This document shows, piece by piece, positions 1 to 10,434 of a DNA stretch of 64,000 nt. Made by a program: the position numbers and the translations under genes. The notes below the pieces were generated by a model, which did no database searches, was not told the DNA's origin, and was given only the letters and a program-made list of their open reading frames with translations. Position 1 is the first letter of the stretch. Each line of letters starts with the position of its first letter. The DNA is from a virus (taxonomy: Duplodnaviria; Caudoviricetes): IMG/VR virus record IMGVR_UViG_3300027374_000001, one strand, 5' to 3'.

Positions 1-345
1 TTAGATAGTGGGATAAATCCTACTCCACCGGCTAATAATAGTGCACCTAAAGTTGACTTGGATAAGCTAAAAGGATCCTATAATGCATCTTTGATTAAAA
101 CAATGGATCCATCTGAAATAAGATTCGGTAGTAGTAGAATTTTACTTTTTGAAGCATTTATTTATTTTGATAATGGTAATATAGAAAAATATGATGAGGT
201 TACATCTTATACGTGCAAGAGTAACTGTACTATTATCGTTAATAAGAATGGAGATTCTATGATCATTCCACACGATAAAATAAAATATATAAAAGTAAAT
301 TTCAAAAAAGTAGAAGGAGGAGATTCTCAATCATGTCTTTTGTAA
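1..345 (+). CDS. hypothetical protein (5'-partial)
   Basis: Frame is open from base 1; overlaps the start of the next gene. Confidence 0.6.
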   Translation, partial: LDSGINPTPPANNSAPKVDLDKLKGSYNASLIKTMDPSEIRFGSSRILLFEAFIYFDNGNIEKYDEVTSYTCKSNCTIIVNKNGDSMIIPHDKIKYIKVNFKKVEGGDSQSCLL

Positions 346-1118
346 GTAACAACACTGAATATGGCATTTTATCTGATAATGAAATTAGTTCCATAATAGG
401 AAACTTTTCTACAGATATGATATACGATATTGTAGAAACCAGATATAATAATAGATTTAGACCATACCAATTATACGTTGGAAATTTGGTTAATGCAATT
501 GATCAAAATTTCAAATTTCAATTGTCTGCTATTCCAATGCACGCAGAGGAATTAACACAGTCTCATAATATGATACTCAGAACAATAATGGAAAAGGTTT
601 GTTCATTGAACAATCTTTCTATTAGTCTTGATCGTAATAATCCCGAGAATGTAGATTTATATTCTTTAGTTTATTTTTTGTATGATTTCTTCATTTCAAG
701 ATATACTCTGAATATAATAAATTTCTTCTCGAATTTTATTATCAGAGAGCAGAATGCTATTGTTGAGTCCATCAATATAGCAGAATCTAAAAAAACTAGT
801 AATAAAGATCTCGGATCTAATTATAGTAGAAAAATGTTTAAGAATAATACTAACTTAGCATTGATACATGCTAATTTAGAAAAGGTAATAGCTAATATAT
901 GTGGAATGGATATAGATATGGAAACATTTATATATGTATCAACTTTTGATTCAAATATAACTAAGCTATTATGCAGCTATACCAAAGAGGTAATAAGCGT
1001 ATTTCAATCTCAATTTGTTCCATGTGTTAAGGACCCGATATGCGGTCCGGTTATCTTAACCATGATAAGGTTAAGATTGCAAGAATTATCAGCAGATTTA
1101 ATTCCAGCTACAATTTAA
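333..1118 (+). CDS. hypothetical protein, possibly virion-associated
   Basis: 261-aa ORF with AGGAGG RBS, co-oriented with structural genes. Confidence 0.7.
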   Translation: MSFVSNNTEYGILSDNEISSIIGNFSTDMIYDIVETRYNNRFRPYQLYVGNLVNAIDQNFKFQLSAIPMHAEELTQSHNMILRTIMEKVCSLNNLSISLDRNNPENVDLYSLVYFLYDFFISRYTLNIINFFSNFIIREQNAIVESINIAESKKTSNKDLGSNYSRKMFKNNTNLALIHANLEKVIANICGMDIDMETFIYVSTFDSNITKLLCSYTKEVISVFQSQFVPCVKDPICGPVILTMIRLRLQELSADLIPATI

Positions 1119-1140
1119 TATTTATAGGAGGACACTAAAA

Positions 1141-2415
1141 ATGAATGTAAACAAAAATTATGATGAGTTATTAGAACGTGCAGATGAATTAGGAAAATTA
1201 ATAGGAGAAAACGAAGATCTAACAGATGCTGAAGTTGATAGGCTTGCCGAGATACTGGATCAAGATAGAGATCCTACACAGGATTTACCTTCAAATAATG
1301 GAGTATTAGAAAATACTTCTAGTAAAAATGAAATTAAATCTGAAAAAGTGGTAGGAACAATAACCGGTTCTGGTGGGGTACATACTATTCCATTGGCACA
1401 AGCCCCAAATGTTGTAACAGAAGAAAGTGTTGATAATCTTATAAATATGAAAGAAGAGGACATCAGTAAATTAGACATACAGAGGGAATTCTTAGATGAA
1501 TATGTTTCTACTAGTTTTCCCGATCTGAAATTGTCCGAATCTGATGTAAACACACTGCAACTCGCGGTAAATAGATATAAGAGCGGAGAAAAATTCCAAT
1601 ATTTTAAGTCATTGCCCCAGGCAATTCAGACGCAGATATCCAGAGTAGCCAATGAAGGCGGAATGCAACGTCAGGCTTCGCTGTCTATCATGAATGCCAT
1701 GAAGAATAATCTTGCTAAAGACCTATTCGATGTAATTATATCAAATAACTATCAAAAGACGGTATTTAGAGATCTCTCTACTTTTACAAACCAAGAGTTG
1801 GATAAGATTTCTAAAGATCATGAAGAAAGTCTTAAAGAATTTGAAAATATGCATCAGCATAAATACGAAGTAGAAATGATTGAAATGGCAGACAAGTTAG
1901 AACAAGAGCATCCAGATGATGAAGAGGCATTGGAAAAAGCTATGATGCTTAGACTGTGCTCTCATGCTTTTATCCAAGCTTATACTTATGAAGAAATGTA
2001 CCAAGCATATGCTGCCGGAAAAATCAAGATCAAACCTATAATGATAGATAAATTTAAAAAGACTTGCTCCGACTTTAACCAGAAATACTACAAGTCTAAT
2101 TTTACTATCAGAGATATAGGTACTACTATCCCAGTATTAGATAAGATCCTTCCAGAGAAATATAATATAGTTTCTATTCAGAAATTTATAGCTGCTTTCA
2201 TTTCTTATACAAGACTTTATACACCATCTAATATTGCGCAACATGTGTTTATGTATTTCTTCATACAAAACATTCTGTTACTGCAAACGACCATTGGAAA
2301 TCAGGATTTTAACGATAAAGTAAAGGAAAATATTTGTAAATTCCTTGATCTTATTATCCAAAAGGATGAAGAGAAATTAAAAGAAAGGAACGGCAAAAAG
2401 AATGGGAAAAAATAG
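1141..2415 (+). CDS. hypothetical protein
   Basis: 424-aa ORF, AGGAGG RBS, acidic N-terminus. Confidence 0.7.
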   Translation: MNVNKNYDELLERADELGKLIGENEDLTDAEVDRLAEILDQDRDPTQDLPSNNGVLENTSSKNEIKSEKVVGTITGSGGVHTIPLAQAPNVVTEESVDNLINMKEEDISKLDIQREFLDEYVSTSFPDLKLSESDVNTLQLAVNRYKSGEKFQYFKSLPQAIQTQISRVANEGGMQRQASLSIMNAMKNNLAKDLFDVIISNNYQKTVFRDLSTFTNQELDKISKDHEESLKEFENMHQHKYEVEMIEMADKLEQEHPDDEEALEKAMMLRLCSHAFIQAYTYEEMYQAYAAGKIKIKPIMIDKFKKTCSDFNQKYYKSNFTIRDIGTTIPVLDKILPEKYNIVSIQKFIAAFISYTRLYTPSNIAQHVFMYFFIQNILLLQTTIGNQDFNDKVKENICKFLDLIIQKDEEKLKERNGKKNGKK

Positions 2416-3025
2416 TCATTGGCATCCTGAAATAGGAACAATAGAACCACTACCAAAAGCAAAGAGCTATAAGCTATTGCCATGTGTAGAAATATGTATG
2501 GATGATGGAAGCACTTATATAACTAGAGTTGGAGAAATGGTTTCTATACAATTCATAGAGAATGATCAACGGGTAGTGGTACGTAGAGGACGAGTGATGG
2601 ACATCAAAGTTGCTAATATCAAGAAATTAAGCAGCGCAGAAGACAATGTGTCCAATATTGTCCTTGACTGTTCTGAAAAGTTTTCTGAAGATATCATTGA
2701 TATAAAAATGATAGACATTCTTCAAATAAGACATTTTAACCATAATTTTGAGGATTTGCCAGAAGTAGGAGAGTTAACTCCAGGATGCATAGAAGGCCCA
2801 CATTATCCAGTAAGAGAAAGAGGTCTTATATATGAAGACCAACTCACAGAAGAGCAGAATGCATTTAACAATCATATCACTAAGCCAAGAAAAGACACGG
2901 TTAATAAGCCAAATCCCATAACCGGTGAGTTTAATGATTTAGCTACTATGAATGCTGGGCGTCCACCATTGGGCGAACTTACTAAGAAGACGCCTTTAAA
3001 ATCAAGAGGAATACCGATAAGATAA
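2402..3025 (+). CDS. hypothetical protein (beta-rich N-domain; paralogue of 32847-33269)
   Basis: 207-aa ORF coupled to the previous gene; N-domain aligns by eye with 32847-33269. Confidence 0.7.
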   Translation: MGKNSHWHPEIGTIEPLPKAKSYKLLPCVEICMDDGSTYITRVGEMVSIQFIENDQRVVVRRGRVMDIKVANIKKLSSAEDNVSNIVLDCSEKFSEDIIDIKMIDILQIRHFNHNFEDLPEVGELTPGCIEGPHYPVRERGLIYEDQLTEEQNAFNNHITKPRKDTVNKPNPITGEFNDLATMNAGRPPLGELTKKTPLKSRGIPIR

Positions 3026-3030
3026 TCTTT

Positions 3031-3056
3031 CCGGATAGGGCTTGGGTCCTATCCGG
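3031..3056 (+). terminator. intrinsic terminator
   Basis: ccggatagg...cctatccgg stem followed by a T-rich tract. Confidence 0.75.
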
Positions 3057-3072
3057 GTGTTTTTATCGCCAA

Positions 3073-3085
3073 AACATTCATGTAA
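3073..3085 (+). promoter_or_regulatory. late-type promoter AACAT-N5-TAA
   Basis: AACATTCATGTAA; same motif at 10 intergenic sites; resembles the AR9 late consensus AACA-N6-TA. Confidence 0.7.
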
Positions 3086-3106
3086 TTTTACTATGAAGGG
3101 AGTTAC

Positions 3107-3862
3107 ATGAACATGCTACCATCCTATTTTAAGAAAAAAGACAATTCATTAGTATATAGCGGAAACGGAGAAGTGCTATTATACATACCAGAAAAATGGT
3201 TTGATATGAGATTTGCTATTGTAAACGGTGAATATATAGATACTATGGGTATATTATTATACTCACAAATATCATCAAGCAAATCAGACCCAACAAAAAA
3301 TATTAGGCAATTAAAATTACCTACAAAGTTTACTACTAGACCTGGCAAAATAGAAAAAGTAAAGGGATTATTGCTGGAAGGCCAAGAAAAAATGGATTAT
3401 AGAATTCTTCACTATTCTGATAATAATGAAGATAAATTTATGAGTTCTTTGCTATTGGCTAAAGATATAGAAAATGTAGAAGAGTTCTATAGAATGTTTG
3501 TCAAAACTGGAAATATACCTACCTTTATACCATATAACGAAATACAAGAATATTTTTATGAATCTATGAGATTAAATGGTGGAAACTATAAAACCAATTG
3601 GCAATTATTTGGATTATTGATATCAGAATTATGTAGAGATAAAGATGATATCTCTACCCCATATTATGCATCATCCAAATTTAAAAAAGGAGATATGAAT
3701 GGATATGTTTCAATACCAATAAGAGATGTCCCTAAATACATATCCCCATTCAGTGCAATTTTAAGTGAGAATTGGAATGAAGCCATTGTAGCAGCAATAA
3801 ATATGGGGGATTCCAAAGAAGATGTTTATAATCCAATGGAAAAAATAATGATGGGCCATTAA
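3107..3862 (+). CDS. putative RNA polymerase beta' C-terminal fragment (virion RNAP subunit)
   Basis: C-terminal SPFSAILSENWNEAIVAAINMG...NPMEKIMMG resembles beta' SFISAASFQETTRVLTEAA...LKENVIVG; behind a late-type promoter. Confidence 0.55.
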   Translation: MNMLPSYFKKKDNSLVYSGNGEVLLYIPEKWFDMRFAIVNGEYIDTMGILLYSQISSSKSDPTKNIRQLKLPTKFTTRPGKIEKVKGLLLEGQEKMDYRILHYSDNNEDKFMSSLLLAKDIENVEEFYRMFVKTGNIPTFIPYNEIQEYFYESMRLNGGNYKTNWQLFGLLISELCRDKDDISTPYYASSKFKKGDMNGYVSIPIRDVPKYISPFSAILSENWNEAIVAAINMGDSKEDVYNPMEKIMMGH

Positions 3863-3893
3863 TTCATAGAGTCCCCCGATACGAGGTTCAGGT

Positions 3894-3906
3894 AACATAT
3901 TGGTAA
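3894..3906 (+). promoter_or_regulatory. late-type promoter AACAT-N5-TAA
   Basis: AACATATTGGTAA upstream of the tail sheath gene. Confidence 0.7.
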
Positions 3907-3976
3907 ATTACATTTATTAACTTTGAATGTAAATTTTGAATTATTATTTGAAATAAATAAAGGAGGATATAATAAG

Positions 3977-5962
3977 ATGGCAGTTTTGAATAGTAAAAAC
4001 CGTCCGGGTACTTTTATTCACTTATATGATCGTACCTTCATCGACACAACAGTAGAAGACAGACTGCAAAGTCCGTTGTTTTTCCAGCTGTTTAGTTCGG
4101 ATAAAGGCCCAGAAAATCTTAGAAGAGTTCGCGGCACAGATTTCTTTAAACTGTATGGGAATGCACCATCATATAAGAAACATGGTCAGCCATTGATTCA
4201 GGCAGCAAGCATTATTAAAGCCGGTGGTGAGCTTCTCTGTAAAAGAGTAGTGGCAGACGATGCGTATCTTGCTAACCTGGTTATACTCGCAAAGGTATCC
4301 AGTGAACAAGTCCAGAAGGTAGATTCCGCTGGAAAACCGTTGTTTATCGACAAGGTAACTGGTCAGGAAACTACGGATTCTAATAATGCTACAAACGAGA
4401 GAGCAATGATGAATACAGCTAAGATTCTCTATGACGCTGTTTCTATCAAAGGTATTAAGACTCTCGAAGAGGCTCGTACCTATGCAGAACGTCTTGTAAA
4501 AGATGAGCTTGAGTACGGTGATGAAATTGATTATGAGCATGTAACTAAGGTAGGAGACCCGCTTACCGATGAGAACCCGGTTGGGCAGGTTCCGGATACT
4601 GAAGATCCTGACATTCACCGTTACATATATCCATTATGGATTGTAACCGATATTGGTAGAGGCGTATCTTCTAAGAGATTTAGCATCAAACCGGATTATA
4701 TAATTAGTAAGAACATGAATATGCAGATGTATAAATTCAATTACATCGGCGAGGTAAAAGAAGAAGATGAATACGTATGGTTCAACTTCAATGAGGACTC
4801 CATGTATCTCGGAGAAAGTAGATCCATTACAGAGAGTGCTAAAAAGTTCCTTCAAATAAAGGCTGCAGCATTTGATGATTCTACTAACCTGTTTATATCA
4901 CGTCTTGCTGATATTACCGGTATAGCAGAGGAAGAACTTCGTACAATCGACCCGATTTTCGGTAAGAATCGTAAAGGCGAATCTTTGCAGCAAATTAGCA
5001 TAGACGAAAACGGGTACGACCTCAGTTCTGAACTCGGAATGATGATTCAGGAAGGAGATAATGGTTCGTTTGGCGACATGCCTATCAAGCATCCGGACCT
5101 CTTGGCTGAGCAGATGTGCGCTGTGGTAGACGGAGACTTCGACAACAGTATTACTGATGTGGACAGATATCAAATCGACGCAATTACTGACGCAAACTAT
5201 CCGTTTGCTGTTAAAGAAGCATTAACTAAGCTTGTCGATTGGCGTCAAGATACCTTATACCTGAGAGATTATGGTCTTGGGCTTTCAAGCTATGATGCTA
5301 TTATGTTTGCTAGATCAGATCATGAACGAAGTGTATTCTGTGCAGATTATCCACAGAGCTGCGATATCATTGACTACTGGACAAAGAAGCAGATTACTGT
5401 TACTTTGCCATATCTACTCTGCAGCAAATTAGTAGATCATTTGATAAATCGCAGAAATGCTCCTCTTAGTGGTATAAGGTATAATTTCACCTTCCCGGAG
5501 ATTATAGATGGAACAATATCTTATCTTCCTAAGGTTGGGCCGAATGTGGACCAGAAGGAATTGTTAAGTGATAATTCTCTGAATTACTTAAGCATCATTG
5601 GAGACGAGATCGTGCTGGAGACCCAGTATACTTCTCAAGACCTTGCAAGAACGCAGCTTGGTTATGTCAACAATATCTTTGCAATCACGCAGGTTATGCA
5701 TGACATCCGTACTGAGTGCCCGAGATACCGTTATGCATTTATTACTGATAAGGATCTTATCCAGTATAGAAATGACGTTAACAACATCATCAATCGTAGA
5801 AGCTCTAACTTTACATCCATCGTTATGGATTATGTACAGGATGATGTTATGATAGCAAATAAGATATTTGAAGCTGATGTATTTGTTGTATTTAAAGATT
5901 ATGAGCAGCAAGAGATCTTTAACTTGTATACTTTAATGGCGTCAACACTGTCTCAAAATTAA
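3977..5962 (+). CDS. tail sheath protein
   Basis: N-terminal RPGTFIHLYD, F..LYG and ELLCKRVV; sheath-like C-terminal domain; followed by a tube-like gene; start moved to the ATG after AAGGAGG. Confidence 0.8.
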   Translation: MAVLNSKNRPGTFIHLYDRTFIDTTVEDRLQSPLFFQLFSSDKGPENLRRVRGTDFFKLYGNAPSYKKHGQPLIQAASIIKAGGELLCKRVVADDAYLANLVILAKVSSEQVQKVDSAGKPLFIDKVTGQETTDSNNATNERAMMNTAKILYDAVSIKGIKTLEEARTYAERLVKDELEYGDEIDYEHVTKVGDPLTDENPVGQVPDTEDPDIHRYIYPLWIVTDIGRGVSSKRFSIKPDYIISKNMNMQMYKFNYIGEVKEEDEYVWFNFNEDSMYLGESRSITESAKKFLQIKAAAFDDSTNLFISRLADITGIAEEELRTIDPIFGKNRKGESLQQISIDENGYDLSSELGMMIQEGDNGSFGDMPIKHPDLLAEQMCAVVDGDFDNSITDVDRYQIDAITDANYPFAVKEALTKLVDWRQDTLYLRDYGLGLSSYDAIMFARSDHERSVFCADYPQSCDIIDYWTKKQITVTLPYLLCSKLVDHLINRRNAPLSGIRYNFTFPEIIDGTISYLPKVGPNVDQKELLSDNSLNYLSIIGDEIVLETQYTSQDLARTQLGYVNNIFAITQVMHDIRTECPRYRYAFITDKDLIQYRNDVNNIINRRSSNFTSIVMDYVQDDVMIANKIFEADVFVVFKDYEQQEIFNLYTLMASTLSQN

Positions 5963-5982
5963 TAAGAAAGGAGGAGTAATTA

Positions 5983-6882
5983 ATGGCTAAACAGGCGGTA
6001 TACACAGATTATTATGATACTTATACGTTGAATCCTCGTGCTGGTTCAGAGTTTAGTAAGATGCGTGGAGTTACTGATTTCACCAATGCTAAGCAGTTGA
6101 ACATGTATGAGTCTGGTCACTCTCTCCTGGTTATTGTAGATAAACCGGTATTTATTGAGAAATGTGCCGATAATGACGAAGAGTTTAGAAAGGTGGCAGA
6201 TGCGTTCTATAATATTCTCGAATGGGAATTTAAAGGACTTACTGGTATTGAAGATATCAGTGTAGATACACTTGAATACACTGACGGTGTTTCTACTATC
6301 AATGCTGCGGGTAAAGCTAATAAGCAATCTGCTACTGAAGTAACCATGTCGTTTACTGAGAAATCTGGATCTACTATTACTAGATTTATTAAATACTATA
6401 TTGAAGGTGTAAGAGACCCGAGAACTCAGATGAAGACGTACCACGGTCTTATTGCAAATGGTGAGTTAGCTGCTGGTTTCGAGAATGAAGTATTTAACTT
6501 GCTTTATCTCGTAACAGATAATACTGGACTCGGTCTTGAAGCTGCTTACTACCTTGCTAATGCATGGCCAAACAATGCTCGTACGTCTATCTACGAATCT
6601 GATAAGGCAACCATCGAATCTAAACAGATTGATGTCACTTTCCAGTGTTTCCCGATAGACGGTCCAGAGATTGAAAAGAGAGCACTGAAGATGCTTGCAT
6701 ACATCAACAAGACTGGTGCTGTTCAAAATGCAGCTTCTGCTAGACTTGATAATAGAACGGCTTCTCTTGTACAGGGTGTTAATACTGACCCAGAGCCGGT
6801 TGAATGGAATTCTGATTATCATCAATGGGCAGCTCTGAAAAATATCGAGTCAAGATATGGTCAGTCTTCTGAAACTAGATAA
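5983..6882 (+). CDS. tail tube protein
   Basis: Directly after the sheath; beta-rich with EVTMSFTEKSG, YYLANAWP, IDVTFQC motifs. Confidence 0.7.
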   Translation: MAKQAVYTDYYDTYTLNPRAGSEFSKMRGVTDFTNAKQLNMYESGHSLLVIVDKPVFIEKCADNDEEFRKVADAFYNILEWEFKGLTGIEDISVDTLEYTDGVSTINAAGKANKQSATEVTMSFTEKSGSTITRFIKYYIEGVRDPRTQMKTYHGLIANGELAAGFENEVFNLLYLVTDNTGLGLEAAYYLANAWPNNARTSIYESDKATIESKQIDVTFQCFPIDGPEIEKRALKMLAYINKTGAVQNAASARLDNRTASLVQGVNTDPEPVEWNSDYHQWAALKNIESRYGQSSETR

Positions 6883-6896
6883 TGATAAAAAGATTG

Positions 6897-6923
6897 GAGG
6901 TACGGGCAAAGGTCCGTACCTCT
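6897..6923. terminator. bidirectional intrinsic terminator
   Basis: gaggtacgg...ccgtacctc hairpin between convergent genes. Confidence 0.7.
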
Positions 6924-6928
6924 ATATT

Positions 6929-9241
6929 TTATTCCTCATTCTTTTTAGTCTTAGCAAACTCTAACTCAGCAGCATCTATAGAATTCTTAATATCATCTTC
7001 TTGTACATATGCTGCTAATCTTTTACGCATTTCGATTTTAATAAATATAGCCTTTTTAGCTTCAGCATCAGGATCAGTAGAACCATCGTATTCATATGAT
7101 GCTATTGCTTCGACACTCTGTCTGACATTATTTATTATATCATTCATGCTCACTGCACTAGCTACTATCGGAGGAGGCAACATACATCTCATATCCAAAT
7201 CATCTCCATACTGATATTTGTATAGTCTTCTTTGAATACGAGTCATGAATTTGCCAAATATCCTTTGTCTAGTGTATGACGATCTAAGCACCTTAAGATT
7301 TACAGTAGTAGCTTGAACTGCAAAGTCTATAGAATTCATTCTATTTTGAATATACTCTATGGGCATACCAGTACTATTAATTGACATTTCCTCAAGCCTA
7401 TCCATGAGTTCATTATCAGATTGAAAATCTTGCCCGGGCATCACTTCAAATTGTATAGGAGAATCACCAGAAGGTCCTACAGGTATTACGAAATCGTTAA
7501 ATCTTCCAGTAATATTAAGAATACTATTCATATTCTCTATTTCCCTTAAACCAAAATTTCCTTTTTTAATTTGGTTTATCACATTAACCATGGTCTGAGC
7601 TATATTCGTCTCTACATTTTGCTTAACGTAATATACCCTCTTATCATGTCCACGAGTTAGATGTCCTAAAGTATTTGTTATATATAAACAAGAGTAAAGT
7701 TTAGCCGGAATTAATGCATATGCCAAATCAGAAATACCTCTATGGGTTTTTTCATCCTGCTCAAAGAATAAATGTTCTACATCATCCGGCGGTATAAAGG
7801 TTATTCTTATAGATGATAGCGCTTGAGCATTTGCTAAATCATTGTATTTAAGAATCTCATAAATATCCTTAACAAGATCTTGATTTTTATTTATAAACTT
7901 AGAATCTATTCTGCTTGATATGTTCCATGCTATACGAGATAGTAATTGATCTCTAGAGTTCTCTATAGCAGCATTAGCAAAGTTTCTACCTTGCGGTTGA
8001 ATTCCAGTGAACCCTATCATATCTCTACCTAGAACATGGTCATTACTCGTTAATAAATCATAAGAACTTCCATTATTAAATTCCAAATAATAATATCCTA
8101 AACAAGTATCATTTAGGTACAATGGAATAATATTTTCTTTATCAAGAATTTTTAATACTGCTCCTTGGACCCTAACATCCCCATCGTCTTTTAATATTAA
8201 CCCATCATGTGATGTTTTATAATTAAAGTCTTTTGGAACTTCTAATTGATCTGGCACTGTTTGAGTGTCAATAGGAATTTTAGACTCTGAATAGGTACCA
8301 TAACTTTCTAACACTGTGGATGGAGAATTAGATATAAAAGTTTCAGCGTCTCCTCTCTCGTTAAAAGCAGATTCAAGAAACCCCCTATTATCTATAATAA
8401 CTTTAAAGTTGTTTGGAAGTATATCAGATACTTCACAGATGTGATGTTTTTCTTTATCTGATATTATCTTTTCTACCATCTCATACGTAGCTATGTCACT
8501 ACTAATGACTCCGTTTTCTATTATAGTTATCTCCTGTACTGATGATTCTCTTGATACCCCATGCAAATTATTTCCAAATACTCTTCCGGGGGTGGTTTTT
8601 GATTTATTCATAAGAAGAGTTTTAATAGCCTTAGAATATGGAACACAGTAAACAAAACACTCTCCCATTGCTGCTTTGTCATATGATTTCTCGTAAAATC
8701 TTTGTAAATCATATAGCTCTTCTAATTCTGAATTTCTTGCAGCAAACATAGATAAATCCGTCTTATCTGTTACACCAACTGGGGATACATTAATAAAATC
8801 ATTTGAAAAGTTATCTGAAGATAATACGTTTTCTTTCTTGGCTTTCATAGCCTCCTTTAATCTCGGCATGTATCTAAGGATTGTTTCATACTCAAGATCA
8901 AGATCCTTTATCCATCTATTTTCCATATACATGGACAAGATACCATTTATCGAAGACGTATCAGTGAGCACATCAGATACTTTTTTTGTCAAATCTCCAT
9001 TACCATCTATCTGTCCTATTTTCAATCTAGTATATAATTTTGCAACTCCAGAAACACTATCCATATTGTTTCTAGAAACAATAGCAGATATATTATCTTC
9101 TATTTCTTGAGAAATATTATCTACTGAATCAGATAGTTCTGGTGTTGAACCATATGTGGATTTATAAATGCTTCCCATTAAGTCTTTAATAGTAGAAAGC
9201 CGTTTATTAATTATATTAAAATTACTTTTTCGCTTAGCCAC
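6929..9241 (-). CDS. portal protein (T4 gp20-like)
   Basis: DKRVYYV and NDFVIPVGPSGDSPIQFEVMPG match the gp20-family RRVFYID and EDYWLPRR...ITTLPG segments. Confidence 0.75.
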   Translation of the reverse strand: MAKRKSNFNIINKRLSTIKDLMGSIYKSTYGSTPELSDSVDNISQEIEDNISAIVSRNNMDSVSGVAKLYTRLKIGQIDGNGDLTKKVSDVLTDTSSINGILSMYMENRWIKDLDLEYETILRYMPRLKEAMKAKKENVLSSDNFSNDFINVSPVGVTDKTDLSMFAARNSELEELYDLQRFYEKSYDKAAMGECFVYCVPYSKAIKTLLMNKSKTTPGRVFGNNLHGVSRESSVQEITIIENGVISSDIATYEMVEKIISDKEKHHICEVSDILPNNFKVIIDNRGFLESAFNERGDAETFISNSPSTVLESYGTYSESKIPIDTQTVPDQLEVPKDFNYKTSHDGLILKDDGDVRVQGAVLKILDKENIIPLYLNDTCLGYYYLEFNNGSSYDLLTSNDHVLGRDMIGFTGIQPQGRNFANAAIENSRDQLLSRIAWNISSRIDSKFINKNQDLVKDIYEILKYNDLANAQALSSIRITFIPPDDVEHLFFEQDEKTHRGISDLAYALIPAKLYSCLYITNTLGHLTRGHDKRVYYVKQNVETNIAQTMVNVINQIKKGNFGLREIENMNSILNITGRFNDFVIPVGPSGDSPIQFEVMPGQDFQSDNELMDRLEEMSINSTGMPIEYIQNRMNSIDFAVQATTVNLKVLRSSYTRQRIFGKFMTRIQRRLYKYQYGDDLDMRCMLPPPIVASAVSMNDIINNVRQSVEAIASYEYDGSTDPDAEAKKAIFIKIEMRKRLAAYVQEDDIKNSIDAAELEFAKTKKNEE

Positions 9242-9263
9242 GGTAAAACCTCCTTTAACGTAA

Positions 9264-9276
9264 TTAAATATATGTT
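9264..9276 (-). promoter_or_regulatory. late-type promoter AACAT-N5-TAA
   Basis: AACATATATTTAA on the minus strand upstream of the portal gene. Confidence 0.7.
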
Positions 9277-9299
9277 TCAGGAGGCAAAAAATAAAAGCA

Positions 9300-9324
9300 C
9301 GGTAGGAGCATAGAACTCCTACCG
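9300..9324 (-). terminator. intrinsic terminator
   Basis: cggtaggag...ctcctaccg stem with a minus-strand U tract. Confidence 0.7.
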
Positions 9325-9333
9325 CAAATCTGT

Positions 9334-9810
9334 TTATTCTTTTTCTTTAAGATTTTTGAGAACGTATAACGTACATAGACCTATATCGTCTTTTACAATA
9401 TATGGTATATAACTCATCGCTCCATCAAGGATATTGCAGATACTCAACATCGCTTTGCAAACACTGGTATAATCATGAACGTCAATTGTATCGGTCCGTA
9501 TATACCCCTCTTCATTTGTAAAGTTTATTAGAGTATTTAATGCACTCCCTATTTGTCTAATCTTAAGACTCCCAGAGTTTGTGCTACACCAATCTTCAAG
9601 CAAAATAAGTTTACAAATCTGATAAATCAGACTGAATAAATTAGTGTTGTCTGTAGATGAATTTTGTACACATGCTGACATTATACGATTTACTGATTGT
9701 TTAATGTCATTTTCATCCATCCACTTATTGTAATAGCTTGCAAATACTCTTATGTCTAACGATAGCTGTTTAAAATCGGTATTGTTCATTTCTCTTCTGT
9801 TCCCTCTCAC
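9334..9810 (-). CDS. hypothetical protein
   Basis: ORF in the DNA polymerase operon. Confidence 0.6.
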   Translation of the reverse strand: MRGNRREMNNTDFKQLSLDIRVFASYYNKWMDENDIKQSVNRIMSACVQNSSTDNTNLFSLIYQICKLILLEDWCSTNSGSLKIRQIGSALNTLINFTNEEGYIRTDTIDVHDYTSVCKAMLSICNILDGAMSYIPYIVKDDIGLCTLYVLKNLKEKE

Positions 9811-9813
9811 TAT

Positions 9814-10434
9814 TTATATTTTTCTATGTCTAAATAACTCGTGCAACTCACAATCCTTTTTAATTATAACAAATTCTGCAGTAAATGAAATTTCGTCATG
9901 ATCTCTTATTAAAATATCTGCAGTGTCTGATTTATTTACTGGATGTATAGAATTAAATGAAGTCATTAACTTTTCTCCAATATTATAAATTTTTGCCCCA
10001 TCGGATACTTTCAATTTAAACATATCCTCTAATATACTATCCTTATTTGCGGATTGTATACGCTGTATTACAGGACGTAGTTTAACGGATGCGTAAGTTT
10101 GATATAATCTTCCCATGTCATTTACACTAAAATACATGGGCAACGACTCCTTATAGCCATTGCCCATAACTAATTGTATCTCAAATGGTGTATAGTTTAC
10201 AAACCCGTCTTTACATGTAGATAAAGTTTTCATAAATGAAGAGAACTCTTTTATATCCACTTCATACGGATATGATAACGGAGTAAATGCATTATAAGAA
10301 ATGACTTCGGTAATACTAGCAAAATTAATGTCTGTGCCAAATATTAATCCGTTGGGATAAAATGCCACTATTTCTTTCTTAGGTATTTTAGCCAACTTAA
10401 AAATCGTTTCTAGTTGTTCTGCGCGTCTTACCAT
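9814..10434 (-). CDS. hypothetical protein
   Basis: 206-aa ORF overlapping the polymerase stop. Confidence 0.7.
   Translation of the reverse strand: MVRRAEQLETIFKLAKIPKKEIVAFYPNGLIFGTDINFASITEVISYNAFTPLSYPYEVDIKEFSSFMKTLSTCKDGFVNYTPFEIQLVMGNGYKESLPMYFSVNDMGRLYQTYASVKLRPVIQRIQSANKDSILEDMFKLKVSDGAKIYNIGEKLMTSFNSIHPVNKSDTADILIRDHDEISFTAEFVIIKKDCELHELFRHRKI

Noticed and set aside
4169-6825. Antisense ORFs within sheath/tube (and similar shadows in other long genes)
   Set aside because: Shadow frames of genes with clear motifs on the opposite strand
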